Source: an uncultured Gammaproteobacteria bacterium (GTDB taxonomy: Bacteria > Pseudomonadota > Gammaproteobacteria > JAURND01). Taken from it: DNA of 64,000 bases. Below the pieces are notes generated by a model that saw only the letters and a list, made by a program, of their open reading frames with translations, did no database searches and had not been told where the DNA came from. A program made the position numbers and the translations under genes. Location: positions 608,001-672,000 of the forward strand of contig CAVQQD010000003.1 of the NCBI GenBank assembly GCA_963714975.1, given 5' to 3'. Each line of letters begins with the position of its first letter. Position 1 is the stretch's first letter. Shown here piece by piece: positions 29,545-38,245 of the stretch.

Positions 29545-30555
29545 ATGTCAGATGATCAAGTAGAAGGGGAATCTAGGGTTGAAGAAAAGAAGATAACGCC
29601 ACAACCCAATACAACGCTAGAAACACTGGTCCAGTCTTCAGCGCCACAAGCAGATGATAAGCCTTGGCAACCTACTTTATGGCGTTTTAATCCGATCAAT
29701 AGAGAATTTTCTTATATACCCGAATTTCTCAAGTCAAATCCAGGCGGTCAAACATCTTCTTGGGCGGTAAAAGTACCATTGGTTGGTATAGGAGTGCTTG
29801 GCGGTATAGGGTTAGGGTTAGGTGTCAATTACACCCTGGAGGCGGGGACATTTGCCGCTGCTACAGGATATACCGGCGTTATTTGTGGTATGGTTTTATG
29901 CGCTGCTTGGGCGTTTGATTGGATGGCACGTAGAGACAAGGCGCAATCATTTCAGTTGCGGCAGGCAGTTGAGGAGAAGTGGAACGCGCTTAAATTGTAT
30001 TTTCCTAAGGCGAATAAAGAGGATTTTTTCCCTATCTATGCTAAGGAAAAAGAATCTACTAGCTGGGGCGCCTCCACTTATCTTGCAGGCGTCACGTTTG
30101 CTACAGGCGCTGTAACCACTGGTTTTTTAGTGGCAAATCAATTTGCTGATCATGTCGTTGTTTCCTTCGGATATTGTATGTTAACTGCAGTTTTGACTGC
30201 TGCATTCTTAATGCTAAGTCGATATGCAGATTATTGCCATGCCAAGCATGAGCATGATCAATTAGCTCGCCAGAATGAGGCATTGGAGAAACTACTTAGT
30301 AATATTGGGGAACGTAAGGACAAAGCGTCGCTCAAGTTTAATACCATCGAGGAAGTTGTCAGTGCAAAAAGTTGGTTATTAGTTGGCGTATCGTTAAGTC
30401 GAGGAGAAAAGTACCTATTGGTAGGGGCCAGTGAGGAGCAAGCTAGAGCACAAGACGGACTTGAGAAAGGAGAGGAGGCCGGCTATTTTGATAAACAATT
30501 AGTTAGGCAAGTGAGCGAGCAAAAGACTGAAACTTTTAAAAACGTCAAAATATAA
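29545..30555 (+). CDS. Hypothetical membrane protein (two TM hairpins), effector-like
   Basis: Four hydrophobic segments, coiled/E-rich C-terminus, upstream PmrA-type box. Confidence 0.7.
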   Translation: MSDDQVEGESRVEEKKITPQPNTTLETLVQSSAPQADDKPWQPTLWRFNPINREFSYIPEFLKSNPGGQTSSWAVKVPLVGIGVLGGIGLGLGVNYTLEAGTFAAATGYTGVICGMVLCAAWAFDWMARRDKAQSFQLRQAVEEKWNALKLYFPKANKEDFFPIYAKEKESTSWGASTYLAGVTFATGAVTTGFLVANQFADHVVVSFGYCMLTAVLTAAFLMLSRYADYCHAKHEHDQLARQNEALEKLLSNIGERKDKASLKFNTIEEVVSAKSWLLVGVSLSRGEKYLLVGASEEQARAQDGLEKGEEAGYFDKQLVRQVSEQKTETFKNVKI

Positions 30556-30575
30556 CTTAATAACTTGTTAGCGAA

Positions 30576-30606
30576 AATTAGAGTGGTTTTTTGCCACTCT
30601 AATTTT
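30576..30606. terminator. Probable intrinsic terminator hairpin
   Basis: aaaattagagtgg...ccactctaatttt. Confidence 0.6.
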
Positions 30607-30629
30607 TCTAATCTTCCTAATTTATTTGC

Positions 30630-31403
30630 ATGAAACTTATTGCTGTGGGTTCTACCTCTCTTGTTTCTGCTATCCAGTGTGCCGCTCACTCACTAGCCTC
30701 ACAGCTGCATTTACCTTACATTCCCCCCACCTGCACCGATTTTAAATATTTACTCGTACTCACGGACCAACACCTAGAACTACACCAAGTCGGTTCGAAG
30801 ATGAAACCCTTAGTAGTGGATTTCCTGAGTCCTAGTCTGATTTATCGGCGTCAGCACAGCGGTAAGCGGCAGTTGTTAGCGCGGGCTGTGGGGGTAGGGA
30901 AGCAGCAAGGTAAAGGGATTTCGGTATTGGATGCGACAATGGGTTTAGGAGAAGATGCGTTTGTGCTCGCCAGTTTGGGCTGTCGGGTGCAGGGTTTTGA
31001 GCGCTCGCCGGTGGTGGCGGCGTTGTTGCAAGATGGTTTGCGGCGGTTATTTGCCAGCGAGAGTTTCGAGGATCTGGCGCTTGCGGTTACGCCGGGTGAT
31101 GTGAGGGATTATTGGCAGTCTTCTTCTGAGCCGCCTGATGTCGTCTATTTAGATCCGATGTTTCCACCGCGGCAGAAAACCGCATTAGTGAAAAAGCAAA
31201 TGCAGTGGCTACAAGATTTGTTACAGGATGAAGCGGATGATGCAGAGGAATTGTTACAGCTGGGGTTAAAGTGGGCTACGAAGCGAGTGGTGGTGAAACG
31301 GCCGCGGTTGGCTTTACCGTTGGCTGGGCTGAAGCCAGATTTGGTGCTGAGCGGGCGCAGTGTGCGATTTGATGTATATTTTAAAACAACCCCCTCTCCC
31401 TAA
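30630..31403 (+). CDS. rsmJ: 16S rRNA m2G1516 methyltransferase
   Basis: VLDATMGLGEDAFVLASLG, ERSPVV, VYLDPMFP, RVVVKRP, RFDVY. Confidence 0.9.
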   Translation: MKLIAVGSTSLVSAIQCAAHSLASQLHLPYIPPTCTDFKYLLVLTDQHLELHQVGSKMKPLVVDFLSPSLIYRRQHSGKRQLLARAVGVGKQQGKGISVLDATMGLGEDAFVLASLGCRVQGFERSPVVAALLQDGLRRLFASESFEDLALAVTPGDVRDYWQSSSEPPDVVYLDPMFPPRQKTALVKKQMQWLQDLLQDEADDAEELLQLGLKWATKRVVVKRPRLALPLAGLKPDLVLSGRSVRFDVYFKTTPSP

Positions 31404-31506
31404 CCCTCTCCCACCTTCCCTCGCTGACGCTCGGGCGGGGGAGAGGGGATATAGTGGAGACTCCCTCTCCCCCGCCCGAGCGTCAGCGAGGGAAGGTGGG
31501 AGAGGG
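31404..31506. repeat. Perfect 44-bp inverted repeat pair (CCCTCTCCC...GGGAGAGGG REP type)
   Basis: 31404-31447 is the exact reverse complement of 31463-31506. Confidence 0.9.
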
Positions 31507-31532
31507 GGTCTGAAGTTCCTTTTAAAAAACAG

Positions 31533-31672
31533 TTGCTAGATTAAAATAATCTGAGGATAATAAGCGCGTGCGGTAGGTGCTGAAACACCTAGTCGCACGC
31601 TAACCACTGGAATCTAACGAAGGAGATTCAACAATGGCTGTTGTCAGTTTAACGCATCTTGCGTCCGTGCAA
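31533..31672 (+). ncRNA. symE/symR-like leader with probable antisense RNA
   Basis: TTGCTA-N17-GATAAT promoter; gcgtgcg.taggtg-ctgaaa-caccta.tcgcacgc stem then TAACCAC; hairpin over aggag RBS; ATGGCTG; opposing TAAACT -10 in the first codons. Confidence 0.5.
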
Positions 31673-31958
31673 AACAGCTTCAATTATTTTTCTCTCACGT
31701 GTCACTCGTTCGTGGTATTTCCATTGTCAAATCAGAAGGCTATCTGCTTTAAATCCTCGCAGCCATTGTGGGGTGGTAGGGTAGCATTTTGTGACGATTT
31801 GGGGTGTGGGAGGAGGATGGTGAGGTTGGGTCGATAAAGTGGCAGAGGTAGCGGTGGCGGGGCAGCGATTTGATCTCCTGCTCTGTCATCTCTTTAATCT
31901 CTGCCACTGATACTCCTTAAGATTTCTTGGTTACTTATGTCGTCGTTTCTGCGTCTCC

Positions 31959-32040
31959 GTCATTGCGAGGAGCGAAGCGACGTGGCAATCCAGTGCCTCG
32001 GCTTGTGAGATTGCCACGTCGCTTCGCTCCTCGCAATGAC
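31959..32040. repeat. CGTC/GTC-type palindromic repeat dimer
   Basis: Perfect 32-bp arms gtcattgcgaggagcgaagcgacgtggcaatc. Confidence 0.9.
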
Positions 32041-32085
32041 AGTGCAGGGACAACGTGCCTTATATAAAAATAATAGGAGCAAATC

Positions 32086-32487
32086 ATGAATACTATGCAA
32101 CTGAGAGTCCCCGTCGTTGAAGATAATAAAATGGCTAGCAAAGGGGCTGACTCTATCCTCACCGCAGCAAACTGCCAAGTAGATTTAGCTATGAATGGCA
32201 CCCAAGCCCTTCAATTATTTTCCAATCGTTATGACCTAGTCTTACTTGATCTTGGACTCCCGGATTATTATGGCCTTGATTTGGCCCAACTTATGCGTAA
32301 GCATTTAAGTGGCAATGCCAATGTGCCGATTGTTATTTTGTCCGCCCATGCCGTGCATGAGGAAAGCTGCTACACGCGAGCAAAGGCATTAAAACTCAAT
32401 GGACTATTCGACAAGCCTTTTACCGATGAATTATGCGCGAGGTTATTAGCAGGAGTGCAAAAAGGGGAGACGGATTTTTGGGAATAG
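32086..32487 (+). CDS. Single-domain response regulator
   Basis: VVEDN, LLDLGLPD, LSA, KPF. Confidence 0.85.
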   Translation: MNTMQLRVPVVEDNKMASKGADSILTAANCQVDLAMNGTQALQLFSNRYDLVLLDLGLPDYYGLDLAQLMRKHLSGNANVPIVILSAHAVHEESCYTRAKALKLNGLFDKPFTDELCARLLAGVQKGETDFWE

Positions 32488-32712
32488 CGTGCAAATCCCT
32501 TCTCCCCCAAGGGGAGAAGGGATAAACACTCTGGGACTACGGTATTGTGCGTTCCGCTGTTTCTTTTAATATGAGTTCATGACTCATGAGCTAAAAACAA
32601 AAAACAAGAATACCCGGACTGATTTTGATCGTCCTTGGAAATACGGTTTAGGATTATATTTTCGTGAGCCTCCCTAGGTGTCATCCCGAGCGCAGCGAGG
32701 GATCTCAGGAAT

Positions 32713-32941
32713 GTGGCAAAGCATTTGGTTAATCCCATTGTTCCATTTGCAAATAATCAAGCAGAGCGTGATATACGCATGATGAAGTGTAAACAGAAAA
32801 TCTCCGGTGGCTTTCGATCACTAAAGAGAGCTGAAATATTTGCGCGTCTTCGTGGCTTATTTCAACCAGGCAAAAACAGGGTTGGAACGCTTTTTAATTA
32901 ATTCAACAAGTGGTTCGTGGCAGTGTGCCGATGTTGGCTTA
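32713..32941 (+). pseudogene. IS66 transposase C-terminal fragment
   Basis: [27 protein letters not shown] motif. Confidence 0.8.
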
Positions 32942-32953
32942 AAGGGTTAGGTA

Positions 32954-33244
32954 ATGAGCAAGGAATATTACATTTATTTATTAACGAATCAAAACCTAAA
33001 TGTGCTTTATACGGGTGTGACCAATAACCTGATACGACGTGTATATGAACATAAAAACAAAATGGTTGATGGATTTACTAAACAATATAATGTGGATCGT
33101 TTAGTTTATTATGAGACTTATTCAGAAATATACGATGCAATCACAAGAGAAAAACAAATTAAAAAATGGTCACGAAAAAAGAAAAATGACTTAATCAATC
33201 AAATGAATCCCCAATGGGGAGATCTGTATGAGACTCTTCTTTAA
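32954..33244 (+). CDS. GIY-YIG nuclease (UPF0213/YhbQ-like)
   Basis: YYIYLL, LYTGVTNNLIRRVYEHK, AITREKQIKKWSR, NPQWGDL. Confidence 0.9.
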   Translation: MSKEYYIYLLTNQNLNVLYTGVTNNLIRRVYEHKNKMVDGFTKQYNVDRLVYYETYSEIYDAITREKQIKKWSRKKKNDLINQMNPQWGDLYETLL

Positions 33245-33365
33245 ACAGTGAGATCCCTCGCTTCGCTCGGGATGACAGCTTCGTTTTGATTGGCTTATTG
33301 CTCTTCCCAAAGAGCAAGAGCCAATATACAATCAATCAATAAAAAACATCGAGGAGAAACAACAC

Positions 33366-33644
33366 ATGAGATTTATTACTACTCCTGAGAGAGTTGGGAT
33401 TGAAAAAGGGTTTCGACGAGGTTTAAAAGCTGGCAAACGATATATTGCCACTGCAAAGAGACTTGGCATTGCAAAGGGGATCCAGCAAGGTGAATCTAAT
33501 TTATTACTTCGTCTCTTAGTGCGTCGCTTTCATGGTATCCCTCCGACTTATCTGGCTCGAATTCAACAAGCAAGCGCTGAAACTCTTTTAATCTGGGGTG
33601 AACGTATTTTTGATGCTTCCCGCTTAGAAGAGGTATTTCTTTAA
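33366..33644 (+). CDS. DUF4351/Rpn C-terminal-like protein (probably a fragment)
   Basis: FITTPERVGIEKG, GIQQGE.NLLLRLL.RRF, LLIWGERIFDA.RLEEVF. Confidence 0.7.
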   Translation: MRFITTPERVGIEKGFRRGLKAGKRYIATAKRLGIAKGIQQGESNLLLRLLVRRFHGIPPTYLARIQQASAETLLIWGERIFDASRLEEVFL

Positions 33645-33660
33645 TTTAACACTCACATCG

Positions 33661-33687
33661 TCGTCCCGCGGCTTGTCCGCGGGACGA
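33661..33687. repeat. CGTC-type REP palindrome
   Basis: tcgtcccgcgg-cttgt-ccgcgggacga. Confidence 0.75.
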
Positions 33688-33711
33688 AAGCTGAGACTGC
33701 AGGAGGCAAGG

Positions 33712-35703
33712 ATGCATGAAAATTTGATTTTAAATGGCAAAAAACGGCTTGTAATCGAGCAAGTTTATCCAGAGGTCAATTGCGGCCGGTTTCCAGTAAA
33801 GCGCTGTGTTAATGATCTTATGGTGGTTGAGGCCACACTATTTGCTGAAGGTCATGATGAGTTGGGAGCGGAATTAAAATTTCGCGAAGCCAACACGCCG
33901 CATTGGCAAGCCGTACCATTTCAAGCTTTAGGGAACGATCGCTGGCGAGCAGAGTTTAAAATTAATCACATGGGCGTGGTTTATTACACCATCACTGCTT
34001 GGATTGATCATTTTCATTCTTGGCGACGTGATTTGGAGCGGTGGCTACCGACCACGCAGGATATTTCTGTTGAATTATTAATGGGAGTGAATTTAATTCG
34101 TTCTGCCAGTCTCAGGGCCGCTGGGCATGATGCTCAGCGCTTGAGCCAGTTGGCCAATATTTTAGCAGATCAACATGATAAACAGGCCGCAATTGAATTG
34201 GCGTTTAGTCAGGAATTGCTGTCATTAATGACCAGCTATCCTGACCTAGAAACTGCAGTGACTTATGATAAAGAATTAATGATTGTCGTCGATCGAGTCA
34301 AGGCTCGCTTTAGCAGTTGGTATGAGCTTTTTCCTCGTTCTTTGGGCGCCAATGGCCAGCACGGCAACTTGCAAGATCTTATTGGGCATTTACCCTATAT
34401 TGCTGCAATGGGATTTGACGTAGTTTATTTACCGCCGATTCATCCGATAGGACTTACTTTTCGCAAAGGTAAAAATAATTTATTGCAGGCAGAGCCTGAT
34501 GAACCTGGGAGCCCTTGGGCTATTGGAAGTCCCGAAGGAGGCCATCAAGCGATTCATCCGCAATTAGGCAATTTGCAGGATTTCCAACAATTAATTCGGG
34601 AAGCTGCAAACTATAATCTGGAAATTGCCCTGGATTTTGCTTTGCAATGCACTCCAGATCATCCCTATGTTAGCCAACATCCAGAATGGTTTAAATCTAG
34701 ACCAGATGGAACAATCCAATATGCCGAAAACCCACCTAAAAAATATCAGGACATTTATCCACTAAATTTTCAGTCTGAAAATTGGTGTGATCTTTGGAAT
34801 GAATGTAAAAATATTTTATTGTTTTGGCTAGAGCAGGGGGTGAAGATATTTCGTGTCGATAATCCCCACACTAAACCGTTTATTTTTTGGGAATGGTTAA
34901 TTGCTGAAATTAAACAAATGTACCCAGAAGTTATTTTTTTATCTGAGGCATTCACGCGACAAAATATTATGTATTATCTGGCCAAATTGGGTTTTACTCA
35001 GTCTTACAGTTATTTTTCCTGGCGTAATACCAAGCGTGAAATAATGGATTATTTCACTGAGTTGACGCATTCTCCAGTGCGCGAATATTTTCGACCCAAT
35101 CTCTGGCCCAATACCCCGGATATATTATCGGAATACTTACAAACCGGGCAGCGCGGAGCTTTTATCACCCGCTTGGTGCTGGCAGCTACTTTAGGGGCCA
35201 ATTATGGAATTTATGGCCCTGCTTTTGAATTATGCATTGCTGAGCCTCGAGAGTTGGGTGGTGAAGAATATCTGAATTCCGAAAAATATGAATTAAAGCC
35301 TTGGGATCTCAATCATCCCAATAGTTTAAAAGATATCATCGCCCTGGTGAATAAAATTCGCCAAGAAAATCCCAGCTTGCAACAGGATTGGAATTTAAAA
35401 TTTTATCCGATCGATAATGAACAATTGATTTGCTATAGTAAATTTCTTGGCGCTAATGTGATTATTGTTATCGTCAATTTAGATGTTCATTATCTTCAAA
35501 CAGGTTGGGTTGAATTACCACTAGAAGAATTAGGCGTAGCTGCTGAAAAAGCATATTGGGTGGAAGACTTACTGGGCCGTCAACGCTATTTATGGCATGG
35601 CAGCCGTAATTATGTTGAATTGGATCCGAATAAGTTGCCGGCGCATATTTTTCGACTTTCTCCGCACGTCCACCGAGAAAAGGATTTTGAGGGGTATGAG
35701 TAA
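33712..35703 (+). CDS. glgE: Alpha-1,4-glucan:maltose-1-phosphate maltosyltransferase
   Basis: SWYELFPRS, YLPPIHPIG, AENPPKKYQDIYP, FRVDNPHTKP, NTPDIL. Confidence 0.93.
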   Translation: MHENLILNGKKRLVIEQVYPEVNCGRFPVKRCVNDLMVVEATLFAEGHDELGAELKFREANTPHWQAVPFQALGNDRWRAEFKINHMGVVYYTITAWIDHFHSWRRDLERWLPTTQDISVELLMGVNLIRSASLRAAGHDAQRLSQLANILADQHDKQAAIELAFSQELLSLMTSYPDLETAVTYDKELMIVVDRVKARFSSWYELFPRSLGANGQHGNLQDLIGHLPYIAAMGFDVVYLPPIHPIGLTFRKGKNNLLQAEPDEPGSPWAIGSPEGGHQAIHPQLGNLQDFQQLIREAANYNLEIALDFALQCTPDHPYVSQHPEWFKSRPDGTIQYAENPPKKYQDIYPLNFQSENWCDLWNECKNILLFWLEQGVKIFRVDNPHTKPFIFWEWLIAEIKQMYPEVIFLSEAFTRQNIMYYLAKLGFTQSYSYFSWRNTKREIMDYFTELTHSPVREYFRPNLWPNTPDILSEYLQTGQRGAFITRLVLAATLGANYGIYGPAFELCIAEPRELGGEEYLNSEKYELKPWDLNHPNSLKDIIALVNKIRQENPSLQQDWNLKFYPIDNEQLICYSKFLGANVIIVIVNLDVHYLQTGWVELPLEELGVAAEKAYWVEDLLGRQRYLWHGSRNYVELDPNKLPAHIFRLSPHVHREKDFEGYE

Positions 35704-35754
35704 ATCCTCCTTAATCCCCCTTTTTCCAGGGGAAAATTATTTTGGTTCTATGTA

Positions 35755-35824
35755 GAATCGAGTGGGTAGATTATCCTTCTCCCCTTGTGGGAGAAGGATA
35801 ATCTCCCAGTTACCCACTCGATTC
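35755..35824. repeat. Nested palindrome with a CCTTCTCCC...GGGAGAAGG core
   Basis: gaatcgagtgggta / tacccactcgattc arms around agattatccttctccc-cttgt-gggagaaggataatct. Confidence 0.8.
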
Positions 35825-35870
35825 CACCTTATCCTTCTGCAATGCCAGTTCGTGCTAAAAAATGATTGGC

Positions 35871-35903
35871 GTTAATAGTTCATTAAGTATTGTTTGGTAA
35901 GAT
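35871..35903 (+). promoter_or_regulatory. PmrA-type box plus -10
   Basis: gTTAAtagt-tc-aTTAAgtat-N7-TAAGAT. Confidence 0.7.
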
Positions 35904-35943
35904 ACTAGCTTATAGGTGACCTCCCCAGGCGTCCTCCCTCAGT

Positions 35944-35968
35944 TCATCCCGAGCGGAGCGAGGGATCT
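35944..35968 (+). repeat. Solo copy of the GIY-YIG-flanking repeat
   Basis: tcatcccgagcggagcgagggatct. Confidence 0.75.
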
Positions 35969-36043
35969 GTGGGGAGAAATGAAAGTTTTTAAAATCTAAT
36001 AACAGATTTTTGTAGAATGACCGTTAAATAGGGGGTGTAGTTT

Positions 36044-36856
36044 ATGTCTCAACAGACTAAAGAATTTAAGTTGGTGCAAGATTGCTATAATGCGGTTAAG
36101 GGGGCCTACGCATCCAAATGGAATAACCTAATAGCTAATCAAGACTTCAATAAAGTAGAGCAGCAATATCAAGATATTTTAGCACTGGAAGAAGCAGGAA
36201 CCCCTATCTCTACAGAGGACTTGCTGGGATTTAGTGATGCGGTAGATCGTGCAGATACAGATGGAAGAATTACTGTGAGCAGCCCAGCTTATCTGAACTT
36301 AGAGAAAGCTACTCAAGGTGCTCAACAGAACTATTTGAGTCAATTTGAGAGCTTTAATAATACAGTCCCCCTTGATACAAGTTCATCGTCATTAGGTGGT
36401 GGCAAGGATTTTTCAGATTTGTCTGGGACAATAGATGAGCAAGAGAAAACCGATACCCCTAGCTGTCTATCATGGTTTTTTGGTTCCACAAAAGAAACAC
36501 TAGCCAAAGCAGCTGACACGGTTGGAGAACACCCTAAAACAATAATAGGCGGCACTTTGGCTGCAATGGGGCTTTCGTTATTAGGCACTTACCTCTATGA
36601 CCATTTTAAAGGTACGGATGCTTTTAATTTTTTCACCGACAATCGTGTTTGGGATGCTAATTCGATACAAAAAGGCTTTGAAACCGTCGGTGGGATTTAT
36701 GGTCCAGTTTTGGTGGGTGTGATAGTGCTGGCAATGTGGGCGGCTTCTAGGATTCGTTCGAATGCTAAGGTGGAGCCTGCTGAACAACCCAGCCAAATGG
36801 AGGTAAATTCTCCTATGTTTCCATCTCCATCAGGCAGGGTTGAGCAACTAGGTTAA
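36044..36856 (+). CDS. Hypothetical effector-like membrane protein (paralog of 38246-39739)
   Basis: Shares FKL..CYNAVK and LGTYLYD...GT.AFNFF.DNRVW.A.S...GFETV.GIYG blocks; two C-terminal TMs. Confidence 0.75.
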   Translation: MSQQTKEFKLVQDCYNAVKGAYASKWNNLIANQDFNKVEQQYQDILALEEAGTPISTEDLLGFSDAVDRADTDGRITVSSPAYLNLEKATQGAQQNYLSQFESFNNTVPLDTSSSSLGGGKDFSDLSGTIDEQEKTDTPSCLSWFFGSTKETLAKAADTVGEHPKTIIGGTLAAMGLSLLGTYLYDHFKGTDAFNFFTDNRVWDANSIQKGFETVGGIYGPVLVGVIVLAMWAASRIRSNAKVEPAEQPSQMEVNSPMFPSPSGRVEQLG

Positions 36857-37039
36857 GCCTTCTGCAATTAGGTCATCCGCTGCAATTTCGCATTTCAGTC
36901 TCTTTGTCCCAGTGCCTCGAGGGTCTGGATCCAGACCCGCTTTTCCTCTTTACACCTAACGTCCAAAACGTTAGCATACCTACAATTCAAACCGTTAGAG
37001 CTAGACCCGTGGACATTCTTACATTCAACCAGCAACTCC

Positions 37040-37713
37040 TTGAGGGGAAAATTGATCAACCCGGGTTATTTCCTCATTTGGAAAGTCTCAAAGCTTCTCA
37101 GCCGTCGCATTAAAGTGCTGCGGAAACCCTGCAAATACCACTTCTCCAACTTACTGGTCGCTCTGGCGTATCATCCCGCCAGGATTCGGCATATTAATGA
37201 TTTTGCGCAATTAAATGCACAAGAACAAAGCGTATTCTATGAATGGTTGATAGCGCAGGAGCCAATGCGCTGTTCCGCTATTGCGGGTACGGAACTTCTA
37301 GCGCCCTTGGCGTTTTGGCAAAATCAACAACATGAAATTGATTTTGTTGCTACTCCGACGCATTTCATCGAAGTAAAAAGAGGCGCTTGTTCAGCATTAG
37401 AATTTGGATGGTTCCCAAAAATATTTGGTAATACGGAGTTAATGGTAATAAACAAAAACTCTTTTAACCTAGATTCGGCAGTAGAAACCGTAGCGAGAGG
37501 GATTAAGACGTTGAAGATCTTGATTATTTTTAAGTTTTTTTCTTGAAGGCGTACTCACCCGTACGGTGAAAGAAAAAAATATAAAAATAAGCGGGAGATT
37601 CAATGTATTAAGCCCTCGCAGTAGGTTTCTACTGCCGAATCTAGGTTTAAGGCTGGGAACATGCAGGGCTTAACGTTGGAACAATTTTTGCAGAGTTCAT
37701 TTCATCTAATTTA
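37040..37713 (+). pseudogene. C-terminal fragment of an AAA+/DUF4143-like ATPase interrupted by a MITE
   Basis: RKPCKYHFSNLL, HEIDFV..FIEVK; INKNSF|KAGNMQGLTLEQFL restored after removing 37468-37650. Confidence 0.55.
37468..37645. mobile_element. 178-bp MITE with 22-bp TIRs and TTTAA target duplication
   Basis: cctagattcggcagtagaaacc / ggtttctactgccgaatctagg; TTTAA at 37463-37467 and 37646-37650; imperfectly palindromic throughout. Confidence 0.85.
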
Positions 37714-37787
37714 ATTGACCAGTAGCAGGTCTCCTCAATACAATTAAGCCATGGTTGAAAGGGGCAATGCCATCGGTTTGTGCTCTT

Positions 37788-37946
37788 TGTAGGGGGCAAA
37801 AATAATTTCCCCCTTTGAAAAAGGGGGATTAAGGGGGATTTAAAAAGTTGAGGATACTCGCGTTATTTTCGTTAGTACTCAATGCTTCTTTAAATCCCTC
37901 CTAACCTCCCTTTTCCAAAAGGAGGGATTATTTTTGTCCCCCTACA
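37788..37946. repeat. CCCCCTTT..AAAGGGGG-type REP dimer
   Basis: tgtagggggcaaaaataat / attatttttgtccccctaca arms; related units at 35702-35742 and 39850-39887. Confidence 0.8.
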
Positions 37947-37973
37947 GAGGCTTGTGCTAGGAAAATATTTGGT

Positions 37974-38006
37974 GTTAATAGTTCATTAAGAATTGCCTAG
38001 TAAGAT
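37974..38006 (+). promoter_or_regulatory. PmrA-type box plus -10
   Basis: gTTAAtagt-tc-aTTAAgaat-N7-TAAGAT; nearly identical to 35871-35903. Confidence 0.7.
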
Positions 38007-38024
38007 ACAAATTATCGCTTTTGC

Positions 38025-38174
38025 CTCTCCCCTTGTGGGAGAGGCCGCCGCGCCGTAAGGCGCGCGGGTGAGGGGTAAGCAACAGTTAGCATTTAGCTAA
38101 TAAAATGCTTCTTGCTGTTTTCAAGTTTACCCCTCATCCGCCCTTCGGGCACCTTCTCCCACAAGGGGAGAAGG
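38025..38174. repeat. CC(T)TCTCCC-type REP dimer
   Basis: cctctccccttgtgggagagg...gggtgagggg / cccctcatccgcccttcgggcaccttctcccacaaggggagaagg; related copies at 32497, 39768, 44171, 45437. Confidence 0.8.
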
Positions 38175-38245
38175 ATTTTTACACACAAAGGAGGGTGAAT
38201 GATTACGATTTTTAAATGTAATAACCATACGAAGAGGATTAATTT

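Larger units (their letters stand above)
32679..33277 (+). mobile_element. GIY-YIG gene bracketed by inverted 29-bp GTCATCCCGAGCG.AGCGAGGGATCTC repeats
   Basis: 32679-32707 and 33249-33277 are inverted, 28/29 identical. Confidence 0.65.

Noticed and set aside
31935-32201. Minus-strand ORFs (88 and 72 aa)
   Set aside because: Translations of the palindrome (SLRGAKRRGN..RRFAPRND) and antisense of the response regulator
36904-37113. 69-aa ORF as a separate gene
   Set aside because: TTG start, no motif; probably decayed sequence next to the ATPase remnant
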